Of a DNA stretch of 64,000 nucleotides, positions 36,516 through 48,429 are shown in pieces. The first letter of the stretch is position 1. The number at the start of each line of letters is the position of its first letter. The position numbers and the translations under genes are program-made. The notes beneath the pieces were generated by a model. It had not been told where the DNA came from. It was given only the letters and a program-made list of their open reading frames with translations, and ran no database searches. This DNA comes from Lepidodermella squamata (lineage: Eukaryota > Animalia > Gastrotricha), in assembly GCA_047495785.1 (NCBI GenBank), contig JBLDXI010000046.1, positions 62,001-126,000 of the forward strand, written 5' to 3'.

Positions 36516-38565
36516 ATGGCAACAGAGGTGAGTAAAATCAATATTATCGATAACTGAGAATTTACAGATGACTTTGTAATTTTTTCCAGATTTTCACCGA
36601 TGGCCTCATCGACAAAATTCACCTGATCAACTTTCGGAGACATTCAAACTGCGTCCTACCTGAATTATCAAACCACAAAATTGTTCAGATCACAGGTTCA
36701 TCGGCTAGTAAGTTCTCTACTACAGCAACAATAATCGCGAAAAATATCAAAAATTTGGACAGCGTTAAATTGTATAAAATAAAAAAATATTTCTGGCTCA
36801 AAAATTCTCAAATTTTCAGCAAAAATGGGTTGCGTGGTTGATAATTTTACTAAAATTTTTGATAATTTTTCTATATTTTTTTAATATTTTTTGCTAATTT
36901 TGAACTCTCATAAGAAAATTGGAAAACTGAAAATTTGAAATTTTTGAAAACTCTAAAATTCATAATTTTAATTCAATTTTTACCATAATTTTTTCCAGCC
37001 GGGAAAAGTGCGATAATCGAAGCGGTTATGTTCGCATTCGGTCGTCATTTCGACCACCCGGTTGACCTAATTAAAACCGGCAAAACATTCGCCGAGGTCG
37101 CCGTCACGCTGTGCAACACAACGCAACACTTGGGCGCATTCGAGCGTGAAATATTCGGCGAGTCAATCACCATCCGGCGCCGCATCACACGGCCACCGGC
37201 TAGCAACCACCCTGCGTCTATGCGCCAACCGACGTGCAATGTGCCTATCGCGATTGGCACGGAGGAGGATGAATTTTCGATTTGCAGCGCGAGTAAACTT
37301 GTGGTTTACAAGACTGAAACTGCGCTCAAGCGGGTGTTGCAATTTTTCAAAATCGACATCGAGAATCCGCTGATGGCTATGACGAAGGAGCTGCTGTGGC
37401 ATAAACTCAGCCCGAATGCTCATCATAACAGCAAGGGGCTGTATGAAATGTTCCTCGCTAGTATTGGCCTAGTTAACGCAACCGAAGAGGAAATGAAAAG
37501 GTAAGGGACATTCGTATAATTTTAAACTTTTTTCAACTTGAATCGGTGCTGTCTAAAATTTGAAATTTAAAAATTGAAATTTGAAATTCCAATTTGAAGT
37601 TAAAATTAAAATTCAAAGGAAATATTTTTCAAATTTTGAGTTTTGAATTTTTGACTTTTTAACATTTCTCAAAAATGTCCCTTTTTCTATAATCTACAGT
37701 GAGAATAATTGAAAAAACTCGAAATTTCATAAATACTGAATTTCAATTCCAATTACTAAACAATTTCAATTTAAATAATTTTTAATGATTTTCAATAATT
37801 TTGAAAATTTTGAAATTTCGAAATTCCCAATTAAAAATTAAAAAAATATTTCAAGAAATTTGAATTTTTTCACAGGCAAGATTACGTTATTCTATGCAAA
37901 GCTGTTGAAATCGAGAAAAAATTCCGGTTAATGAATCCGACTCATCACATTCGTTTCGACCACGAAACCCGTGCCCTCTCAATCGACGTTCACGCCTCGC
38001 CGAACGACAGCCTGGCCAACGATGAAGACCGAGTTCTTATCGGCATTTCACTCATGCTATCGCTGTGGCAACTGTCAGATTTGCCCGTTAAATTCGCCGA
38101 TGATTTGGACGCATTTTTCGACGATGCTGGCGAGCGTGAGCGCGTTGTAGCGCTCATGGAACGAGTTCATGAGTACAGCACGGATTCTGGCCAGCTGTTT
38201 ATCATCTCTAAGAAACGCGTCATTTCGCCCCCAGTCGTAAGTTCAATCGAAGATTCCCAAATTTTGTGAAAAATTCAGAAATATTCCAATTTTTTTATTA
38301 GCCACAAAATTTTCTCGAAAATGATTTTTTATGATTTTTCCAAAAATAAAAAAATGTCCCATTATTTTCAAAAATAATTCAAAAATTAATCAAATAAATT
38401 TGTTATCGATTTTTTTAATTTTCTGAATTTTTCCGAATTTTTCAATATTCGCTGAATAATTGAATTATTTTTCAATAGTGTCGCGACCATCAAGTAATGA
38501 TTTTGGAGCTTCGAAGTGGCCGATACAATAATTCCGAGCGCAAAGGAGCCGCCATTGAGGCCTGA
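36516..38565 (+). CDS. Head-only SMC6-like ABC-ATPase-fold protein (~359 aa); exons 36516-36527, 36590-36707, 36999-37500, 37876-38236, 38479-38565
   Basis: GLIDKIHLINFRRH; Walker A ITGSSATGKSAII formed across intron 2; IKTG...AEVAVTLCN..AF..EIFGESITIRRRI; IDIENP; C-head LMLSLWQ...P..FADDLDAFFD and QLFIIS; exon lengths sum to 1080 nt with an open frame. Confidence 0.8.
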
Positions 38566-38811
38566 AATTTGACGCTCGCAATCCTAATTAATGAGGCAAT
38601 AAAAAAACTTTCCATTTTGTTCTCATCCTCTCAGCCTCATTCTTGGCTCATTTTCTATTATTACCTCGATTACAATTGTTTGTTGCTTTTATTCGGAATT
38701 ATTTGGAATAAAATCGCATTTGATATTTTTCGAGAGAAACTCAAAAACGTCGCGCAACATAATTTAAAGCGTCGCGCAAGGGCACATTTCTTGTCGCGCT
38801 TTGTTTAATTT

Positions 38812-38927
38812 GTCGCGACACCCCAGCTCCGGGATTCCAAACAGAGGAAGGCTGAAAAAACCACAGGGCTAGGTGCTGGAAACTTGCTAGAAAACACCTC
38901 AGCTTCCGGATCCTAATTCGCACACTG
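38812..38927. mobile_element. Partial hAT-type MITE (1372 family)
   Basis: gtcgcgacaccccagctccggga...ggatcctaattcgcacactg. Confidence 0.75.
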
Positions 38928-39924
38928 GTAACGACTGTTTCAGGCATAGATAAAGGAGATAGGTAACCTTTATCAGGAGTTCCAGGAGTAAAACCTGATT
39001 CAGGGATCCTTTCCAAGTTCGAGGTAATGTAAAGAAGGTTGATAACAAAGCTTGAGAAGGGTTCAAGAAAAAGCTTTCTTTTTAAGGTTCATAACTTTCA
39101 AAATATTGGCGGGCTAATAAATATTGTTAGTCAGAATAGCTGAATGGAATAGAGAACAATTGGTTTACTATATTTGAAAATTAACCCAGGCACACGAGAG
39201 GCAGGAGAGTGACTGTCTCCTTTTCCAGGTCAAAAACTAGTTTCCTTTCCAAGTACGTGATGAGAACACATTATTTCGAGAACACGCATCATACAACGTA
39301 GAGATAATTGACTCGGCCGGCAATATTAATGCTTTTCGCCGTTAAATCTCGAAAAATATTGGCGAAGGTCAAAAATGCTCATACAGAAGTTACAGGCTCC
39401 TTATTTTGAAAAGAAACAACTGCTGGCGTTTGTTTTTTACTGCGCAACTCCCTTTTCTACTTGACAATTTCTTGGTGAGCGTGTCTATCATGTCTTGCGT
39501 TGTGTTACGATTCGCTTACACTAACATTCGAAAAAAACGTGCTCGGCTAGCGAGCGAGTCGAGCAGCGTAGATTACCTTCCCTTCGTTTTCTCCTCAACT
39601 GAGCTTACACATTGCCGGCGCTATCATGCCAATTAGGCCGACCTGGTCATTTATCAAATAAAAAGGTGAACGGGTGCGAAAATATTAAAATTTGCGGATT
39701 CGAGGTTATAAAGCCTGCCGAAGTTTTGGTTGAATTCGACACAGATTTCCGCCAATTTTATTCCAGAGTTTTATATTATAAAATTGCCAAGTAAAAGCAC
39801 ACGAGAGTTTTGATTGTCACTACAATATAATAACAATTGAAACAGTTCTTTCAAGAAACTATTCCCGAAAAATGAATTCCAGGAAGAAGAGGTAAAGTCT
39901 AAAATTGAAAGCCGCCCTAGTGAA

Positions 39925-42398
39925 TCACTCCTCAAAATTGAGAAATCGAGTCAGACAGATAGGCAGAGACAGCTGATCTATGGCAGTTTTTCTTGCTTCC
40001 GCACCCATTGGAAGTCGATTGAGAATCGAAGCTCGGCAAATGAGTTGCAATTTCAGCGGATAAGCTTCGGTTACGGCCTTTTCAAGGGCGATCGCACTGA
40101 CATAACTGATCGCGAAGGGCCGATTATTTTCGTCGATTCCTGTCTGATTAGCAACTTGGATCGAGCTGAGAAATTTCGAAACATTTAGTCCAGTTGTTTT
40201 CCGGGCAGAAATCAAGGTGGATATTGCTGTATTTCCGATAGGAGAAGATGCTACAAGACCTAAACAAAAATTTGCAATTGTATTAAGTTAGGTTATGCGA
40301 TATTTTGTGATTTCGGCTATTTTGTTTATAGATCGATACTGAAACCTCTCCTGGGCTTAAATTTCGGCTGCATCGTACCCCAAGGTATAAAGAAAAACGA
40401 TAGATGTTGGGTTCCAAGACGGTTGATATCGGAAAAATCACTGATTTGTAAAATCGATAACTGGAATCGATATCGGCCTAAATTTAGTCCTAGAACCTAA
40501 ATTTTGGTTTTGCAAAAAAAATCTTTATTTTTGAAAAAAAGTTGAAAAATATTTTAAATTTCAAAATATATTTGAAAAATGAAATAATTTTTTTATTTGA
40601 ATTAATTATATTCGAAAAATAAGCTCCAATAATTCCCAATTTACAATCGGCGAAAGATGACTAGTTTAGGGTAATTTCAAAGCTTAAGTTACCTGCAATT
40701 AGCCTTAGGTGAGCGTCGCCAATCTCGCCTTCGAACGGGTCTTGAGTTAACCTAGCACCAGCCCGAATCAGCGGCAAAACAGCGCCTTGCAATATGGCCG
40801 AAACCAGCCTGCCGTGATTTCTCTCCGACACCCGCAGCCGCCAGTCTTGCTCACCTTCGTTATTCGGCGCCGCCATATCAACAATGAGCGCGTCGAGCGG
40901 CGAAACCGGGCCGATAATGACGCGTTTCCAGCGTAGAATAACAGCAGGGTGACACAACACACCGACTGGGGTCATTATGACTAGGTTTTTAGCGGCTTCG
41001 CAGCTGCAAACAGCTAAATGGTGTAGGAAATGAAGCGGCGTAGCTTCGCTTAATTTTTCTTTGGCCGTCAAATCGGCGCCGTGTTTCACCAAAAGCCGCA
41101 AACAATCAATCATTTGCACATCGGAATCAACACTAAATTAACAATTGCGAAAATGGTTAATCAAATTTTGAATTTTTTCGAATAAATATTTTGAAAAAAT
41201 ATTTCTCAGAATTTCAAAATTATTTTGAAAATTTTCAAAAAAAAATCAAAATTCAAAATTAAAATGTTCGAATATTTCTAAATTTTTTGGCAAATAGACC
41301 ACTTTTGAAAAACAATCACAAGTTGATCAAACAATGTTTTCTAAAATCAAAAAATGGAAAAAATTGAAATTTTGAATTTTGAAATAATGGAATATTTCTG
41401 ATTTTTTTCGATTTTTCATTGTTTATACCTTGATGGATCAGGTGCCCAGTTGTAAAATCCGCACATTATGGGCAGGCTCTCCAACGCGTTGCCGCAATTG
41501 GTCAATGCCGCATTTGGCAGTGCGCCAAAATCCAGTAGGATGCGCACACCGTCGACGTAGTGCGACCGAAGCGCGCAAAATAGAAGCGATGAAACAATGC
41601 AATGAGGCACGATGTTCCTTTGCCGCTCCAACTCGAGCTTCAGGCCGATTATGTCATGCCCGTTTAATAGGCACCAGAGCAGAATTTCGAGACGGCCGTC
41701 GAATGATGAAGAACCTCCGTGTTCCGACTGATAATGGCGGTGGCGTTTTAATGGCGAGACAAAACTTGAAAAATATGGAAAAATAACAGATTATTATTCT
41801 ATACGAAAATGAAAAAATTGAAATAAATATAAAAATTGTTGAAAAATTCTGAAAATTATAAATCGATAATTTTTTAATTTAAATTTTTTGAAAAATTGAA
41901 ATTGAAAATAAAATTGTATAAATTCGAATTTTTTGGATTTTTATCGGTTCGGAAAAATATTCTAGAAAATTCAACGCTTTTTTACCCGGTAGCTGATCTG
42001 AATTCGAAAGCCAGTCGACGGTAAATTGTTCGATTCGATTCTTCCTGGCCATCTCTTCGCCTCGCATTGAGTCGACCTTGTTGCCTCACCGAGGCCATTA
42101 ACACCTGGGCAAACGGCATTGCCATCGCCGCGGTCTCCAGCACGATAAATCGATTTCGAATTCGAAAATCAGTCAATTCAATACCACTAGAATGAGCACC
42201 CCTGCGAACATTCGGCCGACCATCGGGTATCATTATGGAGTAATTTCGGTGTTTGAGCCATGCCGAATTTCTTGCGGCATTTTTCGCCACACCAACAAGC
42301 TGGTCGAAGTAGGTCGGCGAGGCGAGCGGGCAGTCGGTATTTGCGCAAACCACCTGTTGATGATAGCCGGGTGCTAACCAATGAAAATTAACTGACAT
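39925..42398 (-). CDS. Ankyrin-repeat and SOCS-box protein (ASB-like, ~507 aa; start uncertain); exons 42398-41986, 41764-41429, 41132-40693, 40259-39925
   Basis: VDGVRILLDFGALPN, CLRLLVKHGADL...TPLH, LIRAGA; C-terminal SOCS box PLKLQLICRASI...IDQLSLPICLTRFL; splice phases consistent. Confidence 0.8.
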
Positions 42399-43988
42399 TT
42401 TGTAAAATCTAAATTTACACAAATTATGGTTGAAATTCAGTTAAATTCGCATGTCGACAGGCGAAAAAACGATTAATAAATTTGGATGGAAAATAAGGGC
42501 AGATGACCTTCAAAGCGGACAATTTAATCGAGATAGGACCAGATTGGCGAACTATTAAGCTCGTGTTGACCTCGGACACAGGTGGCCGAAAGCTTGAAGA
42601 TTGCCATGTGATTCAATTTTAATAGCTTCGCGATGCTTTAATTTAATAAAAATGTCATTTTTCTCGCTATAAATGCTGGTAATCATGCTAAAATCTTGTA
42701 ATGCTATGAAATTTTCTGCGAAATAATTAGGAATAAATAAAAAATAAAAAAATAAAAAAATAAAAAAATAAAAAGTGTAAATTTGTAGTGCGTCAGATTT
42801 GATCGCCTCACTGCAGCAAGTGCGCGAATTTAAAGATGTGCGCACACTCACTAAAAAGCGAGCGCGAAATGCGACGCAACAGCAAAATCACTGAAAATCG
42901 AATTTTTCGGCTTGTCTTGTTGAAAACATGATTGGGTTCAAGTTTAGCATTAGTCTCCTCGCCAGAAGACCGGTTGATTAATCATCACTCTAAGCCAAAT
43001 CACGGCTTGTGAACCTCTCCTTTAACAATCCTACGGCAATGTAACGGCTTGTAACGAGTTTAGCTGTGATTTTGCCGTGATTAGCCGTGGATTTTTTAAA
43101 AGTCAGCGACCCACTAGCCGTCAACTGCTGTTACTACATCTTTTTTCATTTGCATTTTCATTTCACTAGTAGTTTTTTTCTTTTCCTCTGCGTCTTTATT
43201 ATTTTCATTTTCTTTCTAATTTTATTTAAAGAAACTAACCCAAATTCTAGCCGACGTAGAATAGCAATCCGAGCTCAGTTTTCGACGATTATGATATCAA
43301 ATTAATCAAATTGATGAATATGGTAAGTTGGCGGCGTCAAAGAAGATTATTTTATCTGAAAATCCAGCCACGAAACCAATTTATTTCCGGGGTACGAGTA
43401 CTGAAGAACAAAACCGAATGCCGTGGTTGAAAACTTCGTGGCGAACATTCAATAAAAGAAAGTGGCCCCTAAGTTCGGCCGTTTTTGTTACATTCTGTTC
43501 GGGTTTTTGTTAGTTAGGACATACTTCATATTCAAGAGAAAACTTCAGCAAAAAAATAAAAACGTAAGAACCATTTTAATAAAATTTTAAGGGTAAGAAA
43601 AAGTAAAAGAGGAGAAGAAAAAACAGCCCCTTCGCCCAAAAAGGTCGTAACGGCATGCCTACGGCAATAATCACGGCAAAATTACTCAAGGCGTGACGGA
43701 AAACGGATAGAAACGGCAAATTTCGAGATATTCCGTCATCAATGAGTCACGAAAGAGAAGTTTATACGTGACGTGTAACGAGAAACCACGGCTCGATGCC
43801 GTTTTATAGTCGTATACCATACGTGTTGCGTGATTTTTCTTTACACTTTACCCGTGATATGACTAAGAGTGATAATAAGTTGGCCTACTATCATTTCCTG
43901 TTGAATGATTGACTCGTGCGTATAAACAAGCGCAATGTAACCATGCTACGTGCTACACCATTTTATTTGTCAAATTTTGAACGTTAAA

Positions 43989-44372
43989 ATGACATCAACT
44001 ATCTACACCTGGTTCTCAGCTTTCACGTTACTTGTCTTTATTTTACGCTTGTGTTTATTCGTTGCTCGGCGATCGGAACAACGCAGGCGTGACATGTTGG
44101 CTAATCCTTGGGCTAATCTTCTCATCGAAAGCTCTGATCAGGCCAATATTCGGATCCAAAACAATAGCGGCCTTATGAATCAACGGCCTAGTTCGATTAT
44201 TGTATCAATTCCGCCAGCTTATCAAACTGCTGACTCGTCACCCTTAGTTGCGGATGATCAGCATAGAACTGCTCCGATTTTACATCCAAACGATTTGTCT
44301 CAACCGCCTCCAACTTATGAAGAATTGGCGGAAATGATCCAAAAATCGAAACTTTCAACTGAAAAATCTTAG
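43989..44372 (+). CDS. Small single-pass membrane protein with PPxY motifs, copy 1 (127 aa)
   Basis: N-terminal TM, basic stop-transfer segment, PPAY and PPPTY; ORF conserved in three copies. Confidence 0.75.
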   Translation: MTSTIYTWFSAFTLLVFILRLCLFVARRSEQRRRDMLANPWANLLIESSDQANIRIQNNSGLMNQRPSSIIVSIPPAYQTADSSPLVADDQHRTAPILHPNDLSQPPPTYEELAEMIQKSKLSTEKS

Positions 44373-44972
44373 AATAATTTTTCATGAGCGGATAAATAAA
44401 GCCAAAAATTCAAATTTAATTGATTGCAATCACGCGACAGTCTTTTAATTAATTTCCAATTCTTTTTCAAATGCGCTATGGAAATTTAGGAAAAATTAGA
44501 AAAAAATTAGGATGGATCAATGGGTGTAGTGATCGAAGCTATTTTAGACCTTAAAAATAATTTTGGTCCAAGATTTTAATTTATTTAGCGTAATTCCTGA
44601 AAAAAAAATTCATATTATCTCAACTAGCCATTATTTCATAATCTGCGTATGATGTAATAAAGGCTTTCAGGTTTGACCAGCATTGTGACGTGAATTTTCG
44701 ACGGCACACTTGACCCTAACCTTTTAGCTACCATCACGTCGTAACACACGTGATCCGGGTATCTGTTACCGGTTCGGCCCTGGGACGCTTCAACATGGGT
44801 GTCCGGTGGTTACTGGTTGATGCCGTCTTGAAGAGCATCTCTGCCAAATGGCGGTTTCCGTTTCGCTCGAGAAAGCTCAATCTTGATTGTGAAAATCCCA
44901 AAATTGTTGGTAAGAAATTGATAAATCGGTAATCGATACTTCTCCCACAGATGAAATATGTAATAGCCTTAA

Positions 44973-47900
44973 CCCTTTAGCTACCGGACCGACTAAGACC
45001 GAATGTGTTAACTCGTGATATTTTTTCCAAAAAATGTATAAACACGTCTCTAGATCCGAGTTTACTCACTTTTGGCGGTGAAAAGTTTTGAAAACCAAAA
45101 GCTCGAGAATATTGCCAACCAACCCGAGTTAACGCGTTCGTGCAAAATATAATCACGTTATACTTGCTTATCAAGTGATAAATGGGTTTCCAACACCTTG
45201 GTAGCTACCACAAATCACTTGATTACTCACGGTCGACAAACGAGGCCGATTTTCAGAATTTTTTCAAAAATCAAGGTGAACTCTGAAAATTCCAGGGAAA
45301 ATCCTGGGGCTTCATATCAGTATCCAGCGGCTACCTGTATTTTTTCATCAATTTATGAGCTCACCTTGATTTTCTATAAATTATGTAAAAGAGGCCTATA
45401 CCGTAACGCGCCCTAAATTTGGACAACCCAAATTTGGACACTTTGAGCTTTAGCCCCAAATATCAATTTGTGCATAACTGATAAAAATGTAGAAATTTCA
45501 CTGAAAAATAGCTCCTTCCATGGGCTTTCCAACGGTACCAAATTTGCCAATACTTTCATGTACTACCGATTTGCGAAAAATAGCCGAAGCTCGATCACTC
45601 GGAAAGGTGTTTTGGGACCCCCCTAGCCAAACGTAGGGTGTGAACGGTTGGGGCTGAAATTTTTTTTGCACATACAAATTTAGCTAAACTAAATCCTGTA
45701 AAAAAATCTCGGCAGAAGTACAAGCCAATTTTGATACAGGTGACTTTGATTTTAGCCTCTAAATTTGGACACTTTCAATGATATTTTTATCTCTATGCTT
45801 ATGCAAACGAAATAACATAACATAACATAACATAACATTTTCTTTATTGTTCAGCACTTTTGACATTAAAAGAACAGTAAAAAACAAAATTAGAAAAAAC
45901 AACAAAAAGGCGTGCTGAAAATAAAAATCACTCCGGTGTACACACCCTGCCGGACAGGTCACGGTGGTGACCTGGCAAGCAGAGCGCGTGTCGGAGGAGG
46001 ACCAGTCTAGGGGACCGATCCTAGTCAACCCGAAATCATTTTTCATCAGTAATACAAAATATGCAAAAACCCTCGAGAAGAATCATATTCATCACCCCAG
46101 ACTATGAATTTTCAGCCTCCACTCATTTCTGTCCTTCGCTAGATCATCTGCATCCTCTAAATTTTGAATTCCCACCCGCCCCAAATTTTTCTTAATACAG
46201 TCGAGCCACCTTAGCTTAGGTCTGCCTCTAGGCCGTTTCCAACCCTCCGGCACGTTCCAATACCGTACTCGGTGGGTTAGCCGTTTGGGGTCCATGCGAG
46301 CAACATGGCCGTACCACCTAAGTTGATGTCTTGCTACTATCGAAGATAATTTTTGAGTTTCACATTTCTCTCTAATATAATCATTCCTAACTCTGTCTCT
46401 CAGAGTGACACCGCAAATGCTACGTAGGCATCGCATCTGACAAACGTTCAGTCGCCGTTCATCCTCACTGGTCATCGTCCAATTTTCACCCCCAAATTTC
46501 GCAACCGGTTCTACTGTACCTCGAAGACACTTCATTTTTACGCTAATAGGAATAGATTTATTTCCAAAAATATATTTTTTCAAGGCACCGAAAGCTTTGC
46601 AGCTTTTCTCTATTCTGGCCCTGATGTCGCTTTTTGAAGCTCCATCTGAGGTAATTATACTACCTAAATATGTGAAGCTACTAACTTCTTCCAGTCGTTC
46701 ATTGTAAATAATAAAAGGCTCAACAATTTCATCTCCTTTGTTAATAACCATGAATTTGGTTTTTGGTACATTTATTTTGAGCCCTAGACTCTGGCAAGCC
46801 TCAACAAAAATATCGATAAGAAGTTGCATGTCGTTCCTATGCATGGCTAACAGCCCAGTATCGTCAGCAAAAGCCAAAATATTGAGCCACTCTTCGTCAG
46901 TGAGCGGTACTCCGCACTTTTCTAACTTAACTCTCTGGCATACAACGTTGAAGACGCAAATAAATAACAACGGTGATAAAGGGCAGCCCTGTCTGAGCCC
47001 TTTTGTGACCCTGAAAGGCTCGCAAGCAACACCACCAACCCTAACCGTTGCTATGCTGTCTCTGTACAAGGCCTTTATGTTTTCGATGAGATTTTGTTCT
47101 ACTCCCAGTCCCTCTAGCGCTTTCCACACTTCTTCGCGGTCAACAAAGTCGTAGGCTTTCTCCCAAACCCCTTTCTCCCGAGCAAACGAAATGTATGCTT
47201 TTTGTCAGTTTTTGAAAAAAATGGCAACGCATTGATGGAACCTTGGAATTAGCTTAATGACTCCCGGCCTAGGCTATGCTTTCATGATTTTGGCTAGAGA
47301 GCATAGAGAATAAGAATGAATCCGAATACAAATCCGACGGCGCCCAATCTTTAATTAAACAGGTGAACAGCAGGTACCATGGGACAAATGACAGTTCACT
47401 TCCGGTAAAAAATATCAATAGTTCAGCGATAAAGAAACTCCATGACTCATTCAAACCTCAACCCATGGTTTAACCTCAAACTGATATACCTCCGTCTACT
47501 TTCTAAGAGACATTTTCACCTGGTTTATCATAGTTTTGAGAAGATTCATGGTTCATTAACGGCATTAAGAGCCTGGTGTATAATTGGTATTGCGCACATC
47601 TGCATTAAATCTGACGATGAGTGAATCCTATCGGTTTTAGTTTCAAGCGGCTACAAAATTCGCCTTAAAAAACACGAGAAAAATTGCGCAACGGGGAATA
47701 AAATGTGTGTAAGGTCAAATTAGCATATGCAAATGAGGTGTCCAAATTTTGGACGAGATGTCCAAATTTAGAGGTTTCTTTACCTAATTTTTATTTGCGA
47801 GTGATCTTTGGACCCATTTTTCGAATAAATAACGGGGTTAACAGATGACCTTTAGGGTGAACACGGGCCAAAAGTGTAACGTGTTTGTTCATGTTATGCA

Positions 47901-47973
47901 AAGAAGTGAATTTTTGACCGGACCGGTAACAGATACCCGGATCACGTGTTAAGACGTGATGGTAGCTAAAGGG
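44973..47973. mobile_element. Non-autonomous piggyBac-type element carrying a nested LINE
   Basis: TTAA|CCCTTTAGCTACC ... GGTAGCTAAAGGG|TTAA; an extra inverted copy of the right end lies at 44720-44775. Confidence 0.8.
45812..47160 (-). mobile_element. 5'-truncated RTE-clade LINE (RT C-terminal half, ORF 47129-46092)
   Basis: KAYDFV, GLRQGCPLSPLLF, LAFADD, FTYLGS, LRWYGHVARM, RPRGRPKLRW; 3' AATAAA and (ATGTT)n tail. Confidence 0.92.
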
Positions 47974-48429
47974 TTAAAGAGCTTCATTTTCGCTTTTTTA
48001 TCAAATTTTAACTGCTAAATTTTATTCAACCTAATAATATTCCACTTTAGTAATTTTAACAAAAACGGCATTTATGGCTGATTCTGGAGCTTCGCAAAAT
48101 ATTTTAAGCTTGAACTTCCCAGGGAATAAAATAAAAATATTAGTTTTTTGTGTTGTATTGATCTGAACTCGAAACCAGGACATTCCGGGTTAAAAAGGGA
48201 CATTTTCAGGCAACGCAACAATCGGAATGGGGTCAGAATTCTAGAATAAAATTATTTTCATCTCCAACTCTTAAAATAAAATTAATTTTACCTATAAGCA
48301 TAATTAAGTGGAGATAAAATTCTTAGCCTAAATACCGTCGATCACTACACCCAATCTGTTGAACAATTCTTGCCAATTATTTCGTATTAAAAAATGAAAA
48401 GTATGCTGATGGTTTTTTGCTTCTTGAAA

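Noticed and set aside
36446-36643. Minus-strand 65-aa ORF with a hydrophobic stretch
   Set aside because: Overlaps exons 1-2 and intron 1 of the plus-strand SMC6-like gene; hydrophobicity comes from AT-rich sequence
46738-47154. Plus-strand 138-aa ORF
   Set aside because: Antisense to the LINE reverse transcriptase
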